A stretch of DNA of 64,000 nucleotides from Lama glama. Taxonomy: Eukaryota. Under the pieces are notes generated by a model. That model worked only from the letters and a program-made list of their open reading frames with translations. It was not told the origin of the DNA and made no database searches. A program made the translations under genes and the position numbers. The stretch lies in NCBI GenBank assembly GCA_028534125.1, contig CM052846.1:434001-498000 (forward strand), written 5' to 3'. Shown in pieces: positions 26,478-39,400 of the stretch (positions are counted from its first letter, which is position 1; the number at the start of each line of letters is the position of its first letter).

Positions 26478-26595
26478 GTCCCTTTCACTGGCCCTGCAGA
26501 CACACACTGGGTCCCTTCCACTGGCCCCGCAGACACACACTCGGTCCCTTCCACTGGCCCTGCAGACACACACTGGGTCCCTTCCACTGGCCCTG
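26478..26595. repeat. 33-bp minisatellite, about 3.6 copies
   Basis: Unit GTCCCTTCCACTGGCCCTGCAGACACACACTGG at 26478, 26511 and 26544, partial at 26577, with at most 2 mismatches per unit. Confidence 0.95.
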
Positions 26596-27639
26596 ACCCT
26601 GATGGGGCTGAGAGCGGGGCTTGTTCCGCAGCCACCCAGGGCCCAGAGAGAGACCAGAGGGGACGAGATGAAGTCGAGCTCGAGCAGTGACAGAAACAGC
26701 CCTGGGCTTAGAAGCAGAAGACCTGTCTTCACACAGTCTGTGCTGTTTCGTCTGCTCAGCACCTGAACTGCCCCTGGTCTGGGAAGGCCAGGCTAGGCCT
26801 CCCTCCCCAGTAAACTGGGGACACGTTCTCTCTCTCCACCCTCGGCCGTGTTGGGAAGCCGTGTGACTTAAGCTTTGCAAACCGGATGTGTGGGCTCAGA
26901 ACTGTGACTCTTGGAAGGGCGTAAGGAAGCATAGAGGCGGTCAGATGGTCCTGGGGCAGTTTACTGAGGGCACCAGGGAGTCACGCCCGAGCACCAGGGC
27001 CTGCAGCACCCGCAGCGGCAGACAGGAGCACGCAGTGGGTGAGCGCACAGTGGGTGGGGGCTGGAGGTGTCGTCTCTGTGCCATCGGCGTCCTCACCCAC
27101 CTTGGCCCCGGCCTTGAGCTCCAAACGTCCCAGTGGTCTGGGCGCCTTCAGGTTCTCTTGTAAAACCCCTGGCGGCTGTGGCCAGTCAGAGCTGAGCTCT
27201 CTCACTTGGAACCCACCTGCCTGCCTGCTCCTCCATGGGACAGGAGGACAGTGGAGCCCTGAGTTGGTGGGAGAGGCGGACGGCCTGCAGGGCTTACAGG
27301 AAGTTCCTGGTGGACATTCTGGCCGTGTGACCCCTTCCTACACCCTGACAGATGTCCCAGAGGCAACGAGCAGGGTGAGCAGGCTCCGTCCGTCGCATCT
27401 CCGCAGGCGCCCCGAGTGGCTTTCCTGACTGCTTGTCTGCGAGGTGAGACAGTGTCCTCCAACCGGCAGCAGCACAGGCTTAACCCGTGTCTGCAAACTG
27501 CCTGACGTCCCTGAAAGAAGTGGCCCCAAGCCTGGCCATCTTCATGGTCAGCTGATGGGACCCGTACCCAGAGTGGGGAGGTGAGCAGGACCGTCTGACG
27601 CAGCAGGAGACCCACGTGGCACCCACGTTCTTTTAAAGA

Positions 27640-28620
27640 CATCTTCACTGGGACACAGTTCACCTACCATCCAAGGTAGGCACTCCGGGCGCACACGTCC
27701 ACAGTGTCCACCGTGCTCACTGGTCTGCACCACAAGCCCCGCTCACCCCCGTCACGACCACCTTCCTCCTCCCACCACCCCGGCCAGGCAGCCCCGAACC
27801 TGCTCCCGTCTGCAGACCCGCCAGTTCCAGCCCGTCCACAGCAGTGGGTGTGGGTGATACGGTCTTTCCTGACTTCCTTTTCTCAGCGCGATGTTTATCC
27901 ACGTGAGAGTGTCGGTGCTCCACACCGGGTAATGTTCCTTTCCAAGACATCGGAGGCAAGTGTCTCGTTTGGTTTACTCATTCGCTCGTTGGTGGACATG
28001 CAGGAGGACTCTGTCCTTCTGCGACTGTGCACAGAGCTGCTGTGAGTTCTCACGGACAAGGTGGCCTTTGAGCACCTGTCTTTTCACCCTGAGGGGCACA
28101 CACCCAAGGGCAAAGCCGTGGGTCCCATGCAGTGACCGCATTATTTCACGTTCCCACTGGACTGACGTCTTTGGTTTCATAAAGGTGTAAGCACCTGTAT
28201 TTACGTTCAAATCTTCTAAGACAGTTTTTTAGTCTTTCAAGGAGATTGGATGTGTTCCTTCTTCGTCATCACGGGTGGCCTAGTGTGTCCTTGGCCACCA
28301 AAGTTTATGCAGCTTCTGCCCCATCCCTCAGGCACCCCAAGGCTGCTACCCTGTCAGCACTGAGGCCTCCCGTCGCAGCCTGGACCCCATCCGCTCTGAG
28401 CCTTGGCGCCAACCTCATGGCGGACCAGCCGTGCCGCCTGGCGCGGGGTCTCCACATCAGCCCAACTGCACCGGATCTCAACTCGCTTTCCCAGTGTAGC
28501 TAGTTTCATGGCTGTGGACCTCAGTTTTTTAAAAGGCTTCTCGGATTTGGTCCCGACCAGTTCACACCTGCACAAAGGTATGGTCTTTTTAACGCATCTG
28601 ATGGAAAGGAATGCGTGTGA
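27640..28620 (-). mobile_element. Old L1M 3'-end fragment (antisense), strongly GC-shifted
   Basis: The order of motifs ('ggtctttcctgacttccttttctcagcgcgatg', 'tttactcattcgctcgttggtggacatg', 'catcagcccaactgcaccggatctc') follows antisense L1 3' UTR then ORF2. Confidence 0.55.
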
Positions 28621-29032
28621 TAACCCTGTGCGTTCCTCAGCTGAGAAGCCGGAGGCTGGGGCGTGAGCGGGAACCTCCTCTCTAACCACAGAGCCCGTGA
28701 AAGCCTCGGGGCCGCCGTCCCTAGCAGGCGCGCTCCCTCCGCTTCTCACGATGGCTCGCCCAGCCCAGTCCACACACTCACGCTCCCGTCTGACACGCGG
28801 GCTTTGAAGCTCCCGTTCTCTGAATTAGGAACCGCTGGGGAAATCCTTTGCTTCCCAGGAGGGCACAGGCTATCCAGGCCTCACCAGGCTCTTCAGAAGC
28901 ATTAATTAAGCACGTCTTAGATGTTAATTGCAAATTCTTCTCTGCAGTCCTGCTCGCTGAACAGGCAGAGCCACGTGGGGCACGTCGGAGGTGCATCTGC
29001 GTCCCCACCCAGACCCGCCGGCTGTGCGATCT

Positions 29033-29532
29033 NNNNNNNNNNNNNNNNNNNNNNNNNNNNNNNNNNNNNNNNNNNNNNNNNNNNNNNNNNNNNNNNNNNN
29101 NNNNNNNNNNNNNNNNNNNNNNNNNNNNNNNNNNNNNNNNNNNNNNNNNNNNNNNNNNNNNNNNNNNNNNNNNNNNNNNNNNNNNNNNNNNNNNNNNNNN
29201 NNNNNNNNNNNNNNNNNNNNNNNNNNNNNNNNNNNNNNNNNNNNNNNNNNNNNNNNNNNNNNNNNNNNNNNNNNNNNNNNNNNNNNNNNNNNNNNNNNNN
29301 NNNNNNNNNNNNNNNNNNNNNNNNNNNNNNNNNNNNNNNNNNNNNNNNNNNNNNNNNNNNNNNNNNNNNNNNNNNNNNNNNNNNNNNNNNNNNNNNNNNN
29401 NNNNNNNNNNNNNNNNNNNNNNNNNNNNNNNNNNNNNNNNNNNNNNNNNNNNNNNNNNNNNNNNNNNNNNNNNNNNNNNNNNNNNNNNNNNNNNNNNNNN
29501 NNNNNNNNNNNNNNNNNNNNNNNNNNNNNNNN
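29033..29532. other. Assembly gap (500 N)
   Basis: Run of N. Confidence 1.
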
Positions 29533-32500
29533 ATGAAAGTTTATTGGGGAGAAGGAAAAAGAGGACTGACTTAAAAAAAAACCTATGGTATAATGTTTTG
29601 TAATGCTGTCTTAAAATTGTACTCCTAGCAGAGCTGGGCCCTGCACAGCCATGTTCGGGGCTGTCTGCTTCAGGTCGGGGCGTCGGGAGGGGGTGCTCCC
29701 CCCTTCTCCCAGGTTCCAGCCTGGGAGGGGGTTTCAGCAGGATGGGCTCAGAGGAAGGCGGCAGATGCTCAGTACCCGCTCCTGCCTGGTAGAGGGAGCC
29801 AGGTGGGCGCTCCGGGTCCAAGAGAGGAGACAAACTTTCCCGTGTGTGCCACCCCTCACCTGGGTGACAGCTCGGCCCCCCCGCACCCGGCCTCCCCCCT
29901 CCCGCTGAGCCGGCAGAGCAGCCGGGCTCAGACCCCCGCCCCCGGGGTGCTGGCCGAGCCTGCTGCCCTCCTTGCAGGACCGGAACGTCGCACTTTCTGA
30001 GGGGAGGGCTGGGAGTGCGCGCGAGCGGGAGCTGCATTGCAGTGCACCCTGAGGGGTGGCGCCTGCCTCCTGGAGGAGCCCGGGGTCCTCTCCATCAGTG
30101 GGGAGCGCTGACCTTGCTGTGGGGGGCAGCCTGCACCTGGGGCCTGCTGTGCTCCAGGCCATGACCTGGCCCCAGCCCCTCGGCCCTCAGGGAATGAAGC
30201 TCCCTGGGGAGGGCGGCCACCCTGCCTGAGCCGGCCCAGCGGGAGGAGGGGGTGGCCTGGGGGGTCCAGGGAGACCAGGAAAGCACCGCTTCCGGAGGGC
30301 TCCGGCGGGGAGCAGGGCCCGGCCGTGCCCAGAAGTTCCAGCGACCCCGGGGCTTGCTTGTGACTCCTCCTCACACCCCTGAGCTCCTCTGTGATGTGTT
30401 CAGACTTTTCCTTTTGTTCGTAAGGATGCGTTTCCTCCCGCCGGGGCTGATACCAGCTCGTTGGCCGCTTACTTTTCCTGCGTCTAAAGGCAGAGGCCAG
30501 GGTGAGAGGTGGGCCTCGGTGCCCTTTCATTCTGCAGCTTCTGTCTTTTGGTAAAACACGTTTCCATCCCAGAGCGACTTTAAGGCGAATGTTGTCGCCT
30601 GGTGCCTTCCGGTGGGGGTGGGGGCAGACTGATGGCCATGAATCGCTTTTCTGGGCAGAATCTCTGACAAGTGGGACCTTTAACGAGCCTGCACCCAAGA
30701 TGGGAGCGGCCTCCATTGACAATTTAGTTTCACCCCAGGCTTAGGACACTCCTGTGACCCTGAGCACAGAGTGAGGGGCGGCTGTGGTCCCAGGCAGGAG
30801 AGACCAGCCGTGCAGGAGCCTTCTGCCCCGGGTCAGGGGGCTTTGCAGGAAGAGGAGCAGGATGGGCGAAGCAGGTGGAGTGTGGGCTGCAGATTAAAGT
30901 GCAGAAACCCCGCCCGCACTCAGACCTGCATTTCCAGCGAGCACCCCAGCTCCTTCTCAGCCCACCTTGTCCCTGAGAATCTGCCCCCGCCTTCGAGCCC
31001 AGCCCCCCTCCTGCTGCCGCTCCCTCCAGCCCTGAGGGACGGCAGGGCAGCGGGGGTGCGCGTGGGGGCGCTGTCTTTAGGGCCCAGGCTCAGCTTCCGA
31101 AGCTCAGCACAGCCCTGTACCGGCCGGCGGCGGCCCGCTGGTGGGGGTTTGGCTCTCAGTGTGGAGGGCTCTGTTGTCCAGGCCACGTCATCACGTCCCG
31201 TTTGTCCCCCTCTCCTCGGCCCTCCTGCTGGGCCGCTTCTGTCCTGACTCCAAGCAGGGAATTGGCTGTGAAGACTGCCCCTCCCCCTGGACTGGGCTGG
31301 GTTCAGTCCCACACCCAGGCTGTGGGCCTGGGCTCCTCCCACGTCCCACTCTCTGAGCCCAGGACTTGCTCAGACGGCCGTGAGGTGCGGCTCCCCTCCC
31401 CGAGCACACACCTTCCTTCAGGCAGTCGGGCTGGGGTGCCGGGGGGCACGCCCTCCCCTGCGGTGTCGAGGAGCCTGCTAACAGGGCCTGGTCTGCAGCA
31501 GGTCGGGTGGGAGAGTGCCCCAGACTCACAGCAGAAGAGACGTGAACGGGGCTGGGAGTCCGGGCACCGTCACGGCCTCGTCGCCCTCATGACAGACACA
31601 GATCTGCACCCACTCCCGCCAGCCACCCTGTGGCCCTAACCCCCTAAAAATGGCAGACGTAAGATTAAGGTCAGACGCGTGCTGTCAGCACCACCAGGCC
31701 GTGTCTGAGAAGCTGGGTGTCGGCTGCGGGGCCCGGCGCTGGGCAGTGAGGCTCAGCCTGAGGTCTGTCAGGGACGCCTCCTCCCAGCGCGCTCTGCTCT
31801 CGCCCCCACTGCCCGTCCTGTACCTGCAGAGTCACAGGAGAGTCCTTACACGGCTGACACGTGCCTGGGCCTGTGAGTCAGCAGCTCTGGGCCTGGCCTC
31901 TCGCGCCAGCTGCTGGGATCTACGGCTGACGGTCACACCTTTGTGGTCTACAAGGGTGGCCCCCCCGAGCCCCAGACGGGGCTGGAAATGGGGCACTGCG
32001 CCCACTCGGAGCCCTCTGGGCCTCAGTCTACCCATCTGTGGAGTGGGTTCCAGTGGCGTAGGCTTCTTGTCTCCAGGTGGACAGAGCAGCCCGAACGTAG
32101 GTTAGGTGATAGCAGGGTGGACACAGAAAACCCAGCCTGGTCTCCCAGTCACCGGGCGAGAGGAGGGGAGAAGGAGGGTGGAGCAACCATGCCTGCTCCT
32201 GCGTGCCGGTTTTGGGGTGACGTGGAACCTGCCACTCTAGCCCCCACTCATTCACCCGAGACTGTGTGCAGGTTCTGATAGACTAGTGCCTGGAGCAAGG
32301 GGCTCTCCTGGACCCAATGTCCTGGGCCTGCTGACTTCGAGCGTCCTGGGCTGGGATTCCCTGCACGGCCCGCAGACACGGCCCCTCCGGTCCCCCGTGT
32401 GGCTTTGCAGTATCTTTGGGAGCGGGCTTGTGCGTCAGCCTCGGACAGCTGGCACCTCAGGAGCCCCGTCCCCGGTAGCCTCTGGGTGGGGGCTTCCCTG

Positions 32501-33036
32501 TCCCAGGCTCGCTGGGCAGGACCCCGGGGGCTGCGCCCGCCCCAGCAGCTGCCTCGGGCTACAGGGCCTTCCAGACACGGGGCCGGGCAGGGCTCGCTCG
32601 TAGGAAGGAGGCAGGCGGCACCACCTGGGGTTGGCCCCGCTCCCCTCTGCCCCCTGCTGACCCCCCCGAGGGCGCCGAGCTCCAGCTCGTGGGCTCTGGC
32701 CCCTCCAGCCTTTCTGCTCTCGATGGAAAACTTAGACTTTGCTTCTCTTCCTGCGAGGCCTCGGTTGCCTCTGCCTTTCCTGGACGGGTGGGGAGGCAGC
32801 AACACGGCAGGGCGTGAGTGCAGTTCCATTTGCTAGATTTCTACCCGCCTCAACTCTGGGCCCTGAGACGGAGGAGTTTGTAGGGTCCAGGGTGGGACTG
32901 AAGGCAATTCTGAGAATGGAGCAGAAATAAATCCTGTAACCAGAGATCAACTTGCAGACAAATGGGCTTCCTGTTACCTTCCTGTAGATGTGAGAGTACA
33001 GTTCTCTCCTCTTCTCATTTCCCTGACTCATGTCCC

Positions 33037-33095
33037 CACACACACACAGACACACAGACACAGACACACGGACACACAGACACACACAAGCACAC
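33037..33095. repeat. Interrupted (CA)n/(CACAGA)n microsatellite
   Basis: 'cacacacacacagacacacagacacagacacacggacacacagacacacacaagcacac'. Confidence 0.9.
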
Positions 33096-33847
33096 CCCAA
33101 GCCAGAGCTAAGCCACCCTCACGATCACATGTGGCCTCTTAAGGAGTGCAAGCCCCGCCCTCTGGACTTGCCTGTCTGGCCTCCTGGGCTCCCTGCTGAA
33201 GCCGCCAAGCCGTGATGCTCCCCTGTGGACACCAGGGCAGCAGACCCGCACGCTGCCCCGTCGTACCCCGCCATGGCCCCACGTGTGAGTGCTCCCCGGG
33301 GGCCATGCAGAGACCTTGCAAGTCCTTCCGCCGCCCCAGAGGCTGGCCTGGCACGTTTCCCGGCTCCTCCCTCTGCCCACACCCCTCGGTGCAGAGAGGC
33401 TGGGGATGCCCCTGCGGTCACTGGACCAATAACTTAAGTGTTTGCAAAATGCTCTGAGACCCCCCCCCCAGGGCCACGTGCTGGGTGAGTGTGGCAGCAG
33501 CCCTTTAATGAGCAGGGAGGCTGTGCTGAGACCCTCTGGAAGGGCCCGCTGAATCCCTGCGTCGGGGCCCAGGCCCAACTGGAGCGGAAATGGCACGGAA
33601 CAGCGGGGGGCCCGGAGACACCCGCCCATCCCGCTTTTCGAGGTGCAGACTAGACTCTCTGACACGGTCTGAGGGGGCGCCCTCGAAAATTCATCCCTGG
33701 GCATTTGCCCTGGGGTCATGCCGAGTATAAGCCTCGTGGTTTACCTGGAAGATTTATCTTTGGTCTCGTTTGTTCCTCGATCGTGATATCAGGAGGGCAG
33801 AGGTCGTCCAGTTCTGAGCTTATCTTTGCGTAAATCCCTATGCAGAC

Positions 33848-33939
33848 GGGGGCGGGTACAGCTCGGGGGTCGAGAGCGGGCCTAGCCTGCACAAGGTCCT
33901 GGGGTCGATCCCCCGTTCCTCCATTAAGGAAAAGAAGAG
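33848..33939 (+). mobile_element. Camelid tRNA-derived SINE (Vic-1 type), diverged
   Basis: 'ggggcgggtacagctc...gcacaaggtcctggggtcgatcccc...cctccattaaggaaaag'. TSD ccctatgcagac (33836-33847) / ccctgcgcagac (33940-33951). Confidence 0.85.
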
Positions 33940-34189
33940 CCCTGCGCAGACTTCTGGTTGCCTTTGGAATGGAGTCCAAGTAGCCAGCTTGGTCCCCGCC
34001 GTGGCTGGCCGCTGCTCCACCGCCCTCAGCACTCTGAGCACAGCGTGCTCGCTCCCTCCTCAGGGGCTTCCCCTGCGAGGTCATCTGAGCCTTGAAAAAC
34101 CTGGTCCTCCCCTGTGACGTTTCTGGCCGAATGTCCTTTCTGTCCTCTGGGCTCTGCTAAGTCTCTCGTCCTCAGGGGAGCCTTCTGGA

Positions 34190-34450
34190 TGCTCTAAGGG
34201 AGGGTAGGTTTCCCCCCTCACCCTGCAAATCCAGGACACACGGTTTCTCTTTCCCAACACTGTGATCCATGGTTTTAAAGTGATCCTTTGTTTTGTGCCT
34301 GTCTTCCTCCCCAGACTGTGCCCCCTAAAGGAAGGGGTCACACACGTTTTGTTCTCCAACATGACCTCAGTCCCAGCGCAGCGACAGATCTGGAGCAAGT
34401 GCTCAAACGTGTTTGCTGAATGACTGAGTGAGCGGATGAATGAGTGGACA
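34190..34450 (+). mobile_element. L2 LINE 3' end
   Basis: 'tgtcttcctccccagactgtg', 'aagtgctcaaacgtgtttgctgaatgactgagtgag...gaatgag'. Confidence 0.7.
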
Positions 34451-35154
34451 AGCTCACGGGTCACTAGCCTGTCACGCGAGCGCTAAGTGTCACCTTGTCT
34501 ACTCCATCGTGCTGTCTCTGGGAGCCTGGGTCTCGGCCAGCCCACCAGCACCGCCATCTGCAGAGTGAGGACAGGGGTGCCCTCTGCTTACGGGAGGCAG
34601 ACGTGCAGAGAACGTGAGTAGCGGGTCCTCGCTCCCGGGTTCATGCTTGTCCACAGACACCAGCCCCGAGCTGCCAGCCAGACACGCGCGGCGGCTCAGA
34701 GCTGGAGCTCACGTCGCTTGAGGGTGAGAGTCTCTCCATAAACTCAGACGTGGGCCCTGGCGTGGGCTGCTGGCTTCGTGCGAACCCAGTTTCTCAGGAG
34801 GTTTAATCCAATCAGGGCCCCGGTTATTTGAAATTTAGGGTCTCGTCTGCAGCGCTGGCAAGTACGTTACTGTACCAACCGCATAGGGAGGAGCTGTGCC
34901 CACAGGAGGAGAAGGAGGACGAGGGCTTGGCGACAGGGACGTGGACAGCCCAGCTGGGGACACTTAAATGGTTCCCTGGACGGGGTCAGATGGCTTGGCA
35001 GATCAGGAGAGGTGGAAGCAGGCTCGCTGTGTCTTGCGGCAGGTCCCGCATGGCCTAGCCTGTCTCATCCTTGCTGCTTCGTGTCCCCGGGGCCTGCACG
35101 GCAGGGACGCCCCTCGCTCGTCTCTGCGCTGCAGCCCAACACAGTCCTGCCCCT

Positions 35155-35770
35155 GGTGGGTTTATTGAGTGACTACTATGCGATCCCCGAACAAAAATCC
35201 TTATGGACCTGACTCTCAAGAGTGCTGCTGCCTCATGGGAGAGACAGACAGGCTGAGGTACGGGCCCGCGTCGTGGAGGTCGCAGCTGACGTGTCTGCGG
35301 GGAGCGGCGTGTGCTGCGTGTCGGCCTGTGGGAAGGGCTTGGTTTGCCAGGGGGCGAGGCCACCTTCCTGTGGAAGCGACAACTGAGCTGAGATCCCCAG
35401 GATGAAGGTGGAGATCACCAGAGCCCAGGGGACGGCCGGGGGAGGCAGACTGAACGGGATGTGCCGAGGCCGCACAGCAGAGAGGCTCGGGGACGTGTCC
35501 CGTGGGGCTGGAGCGCAGAGGAAGGCGGCGGCGTCCTGGATGAGGCTGGGGGGCTGGGCGGGGCCAGACGATGCCCGCAGCCCTGGAAGCTCATGTCAGC
35601 CGTCTCGGTCTTGATTCCAGAAGGGATGGAACATCACTGTGTGGCGTGGGGGGGCCGTGACCTACACTCTGAGTCTTGCTCTTGTGCAGTCTGCAGAGTG
35701 GGTTTGAGCTGAGCGGTCATGAAGGGGGAGGCCGGATGGGAGGCCGACCAGCAGCTCAGATGGAAAACGG
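35155..35770 (-). mobile_element. L2 LINE fragment
   Basis: Starts 'tttattgagtgactactatg', followed by a purine-rich antisense L2 pattern ('actgagctgagatccccaggatgaagg'). Confidence 0.55.
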
Positions 35771-36369
35771 CTGGTGGTGTCGGATCCGGGAGACGTGGAT
35801 GACGTGGGAGCCTCTGCAGGAAGGTTGTAGGCGCGTCAGCGCATCTGAAGAGTCCCAATCTAGAAGCAAACCGCCGTTCGCACTGGCGGCCCCTTCAGGA
35901 GCGTGGGGAAGAGAATCTGTCCTCAGAGTCCTGCTCACCAGACGCTTCTTCCCGTGAGGGTGTGATTCTGCCCCGGGACGAGGAAGAAGCTGTTTGGAAA
36001 TTCCATCAGTCCTGGAGCCTCATACCCTCAGCCCCTTAACCGGCGTCCGCTCAGGGTCTAACGTGGGAGCTTAGAATTGCATCGCTCGCTCCCCATCCAT
36101 CAAAACAACTGCGAGGGCCCTGGTGGTGGTGTCCGCCGGACTCTGCCCACGGTGCCTTCCTGCTGAAAGAAACCAGGCGTTTTAGAGATGCTTTGATGGG
36201 ACGCCAGAGTGATTTATGGAGACGAGGACACAACCGTTGCACAAATATCACTGTGATGACGGGGAGGCACCCATGACCTCCGCCTGGCGCCCCTGCCCAG
36301 ACGAGTCGCACTGGTTTGAGTGGGAAAGTAGAGGTCCTCAGAACTGAGAGGGACACTGGAGATGGCTGG

Positions 36370-36445
36370 GTCCCTTCCTTTCATGACACGGATGAGGACA
36401 CTGAGGCACGGGGAGTCTGAGTGTCTCACCTAAGGCCACAGCGTC
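36370..36445 (-). mobile_element. MIR fragment
   Basis: 'gatgaggacactgaggcacgggagtctgagtgtctcacctaaggccacag'. Confidence 0.65.
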
Positions 36446-39400
36446 AGGTAGGGGCCGGCCCACATGGCAACACAGAGTTTTCAGTAACCTGTGTTCGCAG
36501 CACATGACGGGCTGAGCTGGGCTCTCCTCCTCGGCTGGGAAATAGACTTGTACCCTCGGCCGCTGCTGTTCCCTGAAGCCCTGTCCCTTCACTGCCCGGG
36601 GAGCACGTGGATTAGGGTGACTCCCTGGTATCTGCTGCCCGAGGACCAAAGGGGCAGGTCAGAGACCAGAGAGAAGCCTGTCCCACTCAGAGACACCCTC
36701 ATCCTTTGAGTGACCTTTTTAAAGGAACCGGGAGACTGCTAGAACCAGTTGTTCCTTGCTGTGCAGAAGGGCGTGTGTGGCGTGAATGCCAAATCCCAGG
36801 TGTGTGTCCGCCTGACTTGTCTGGTCTACACGCTGTGAGGGGTGCCTGCCTGTGTCCTCACTCGGCCCTCAACACCGAGAGAAGGTTCCCGCTGAAAGTG
36901 CACCGTCTGCGCACTGACGATGCAGGGCCAAACGGTGACCGACAGTGTGCACAGTGCGGCCACGTGTGCCCTGACCGCCCCGTGTGACGGTGAGGGGAAG
37001 AGCCCTGGCCCCTCCGTTCCCCAGCCCACAGCCCCTGGCCTCCACGGTGGGCCGCGCAGGGGTCGTAGGCAAATGCAGAAAGGGGAGCCGGGGTTCAGAT
37101 CTGAGCAGACACGAACACAGGGGCGTGTCCAAGGGGGCAGAACTGCCGAAATGTGACCGTGCCGGGGCCGGGCACCTGCAGGCATTTTCCTTCTAGGGAG
37201 CGAGGCCTAAGGCAGCCGTGCTGCTCTGAACACGCCAACCTGGTTCTTAAGAGCCCGGTGCCAAGGGATCCCCCAGCTCCTGGAGGAGAGGAGAAAGCTG
37301 GAAGAGGGAGTGTGGAGATGGAAATAGCCCATCAGCCTCCAGCCTCCAAGGGAGCTGGCGTTTCCTTGGGAGTCCCCTGGCTCCATCCCATGGGGACCAG
37401 AGCGCCCAGTCCTCCTTGGCACAGGGGCGGTGCCTCTGCGTGAAGCCCGGACGGGGAGGGACAGTGAATCCGCTCTCAGGGTTCTGTGTCTCTGCCTGAC
37501 GGGCCCTCCTTTGCTTGGGGAGAGGTCCTGGGAGTGAGGGGTGCTGCCGACAGCCACCCCCACGGTGTCCCTGGAGGTTGGGTAGCCCCCTGTTGTGACC
37601 CCACAACTCTTTCCTTCCTTCTTTCATTTATTTTGAAAGGGGACACCCAGCCCTTGTGCCGTCAGCTGGTGGGAGCTCGGCAGCAGAGGCCTCGGAAACC
37701 AGGACGCGGGCCCCGGCTCTGCCTCTGCGCCTGCGAGCTGGGCGGACCTGCACGAACCTCTCCACGGCTCTGAGTCCTCCCGGTCACCTGGGAGAGGACA
37801 CTGGTTTACCTGCCTCCCGGCCGGTTGTGAGCCAGCAGGGCTGCGGGGCAGGTGCGCTCTGTGCGGGCTCGGCAGCTCCGGGCGGGCAGGTCTCACGGCC
37901 TCACTGGGTCAGGCTCCTCTCTCCGACCGTCTCGCTGTGGCCGTGATGGGGCCATGGCTGTAACTGACGTGGAGAACCTGCCAGAGTCCCGGGAACGTGG
38001 CTGTGGAGGACGCGCTGTCGGGGATCGACCGCGCTCACGGCCCAGGGTGGAGCAGCGTTTGGTTTGCGTCTCCTGTTTCCATGGAGGGTCCTGGAAAGTG
38101 GTCTGTGTTTCCCCAGCTGAGCTGCTCCGGCCCCACCAGGGGACACGGCCTCTGCTTTTTTGGGTTGATATGAGAGAAACCTAAATGGACTTGAGAATCG
38201 CTCAGTACGGAGGGGCTGAAGTCCAGGTGAGAAGCGCCCCTGCTCTGAGTGCCAGGCCTGCCGCCATCTGCCTCCTAAGCTCGCGTCGCTGCTGAAGGTA
38301 GAATTTTGGGGAGCAGTGGGGGTGCAGGGGCCCTCCTTGGTGCTCCTGAACACGCGCTGGGGAGGGACCGACTAGCTCTCCCCCCACGGGCTCATCAGTG
38401 AGTCCCTGGTGACCCGACTCCTCCGCTCAGGCCCCAGGGGAACCCCTGAAGCCTTGCAGCTGCGCTGTGCTGACCCAGGTTAGACCCACCGCCTGCTGTG
38501 GGCCTGGGCGTGCAGCGGGTGAGTCCCAGAGTTGCGCTCCTGTCTCGTGCCTGCCCGAGTCCGAGTGCCCGGCTTCTCGGGAGCCTCGGGAAGGGCCCGT
38601 CCTGAGTGGGTGGGGACGGTGAGAGGGGCCTTGAGACCGAGGACCGCCAGGCACACCGCGCTCCGAGCGAGCCGCCCTGCCCGTGTCACCCGGCTGCCTT
38701 CCGTGGCTCCGGCCCGCAGGGCCCTGGCTGTGAGCCGGTCCCGGGAGGAGGGCGGAGCCGGCTTATTCCCTACCCGCCTGCCGAGTCTCTGTCTCGTCTC
38801 GGGCGGGGCGCTGCTCAGGCCCTCCTCTGGAACCAGAGCACTGGTTTTTCCTAAGATATTAATGTTGAAAACCAGGCTTTGTGCTGCAGTGGGAGCACGG
38901 AAGTGACGGGAGAGGTCGGGGGCGGGAGAAGCCCAAGGGCAGCAGGGGCGAGTCTTCCCTGCAGGAGCTCCCGGGACTCTCTGTTGTTCTTTATTTTCGA
39001 GTTTTCACGACAGTTCTTTGTTCAGCTGCTTTCCGTGGTGACACCTGGGAGGGAGTGACAGTGGGCGGCTTCGCACCAAGAGAAACCTTCAGCTTCACTG
39101 TCCTGGACGTGGGCTCTTGGGCCAGTGCGCCTCTCGGCAAGGCTCGTGCTTGGCTTTATTTTGCTCAAAGAAATGGATACACAAGAAATACCTTAATTAT
39201 TCTCCCACTATCCTGACGTCTCCCGTCTTGCATTGTGTTGGAAGCAGGGTCAGCATGAAGGCCACCGGCCCAGCTTACAGCTGGAAGGGAAGTCAGGAGG
39301 GAAGTGGAACTCGGAAGGCCTGGAGGCCAAAGACAGGGAAGGACGTGGGCCACGCACCGGGCCAGCAGGCGAGAGGGGCCGGGGGGGAGGCTGAGGCAGA

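Noticed and set aside
26298-26690. ORF with PSTGPADTHWV repeats / CRISPR-like periodicity
   Set aside because: It is a head-to-tail minisatellite with no unique spacers, in a mammalian context with no cas genes.
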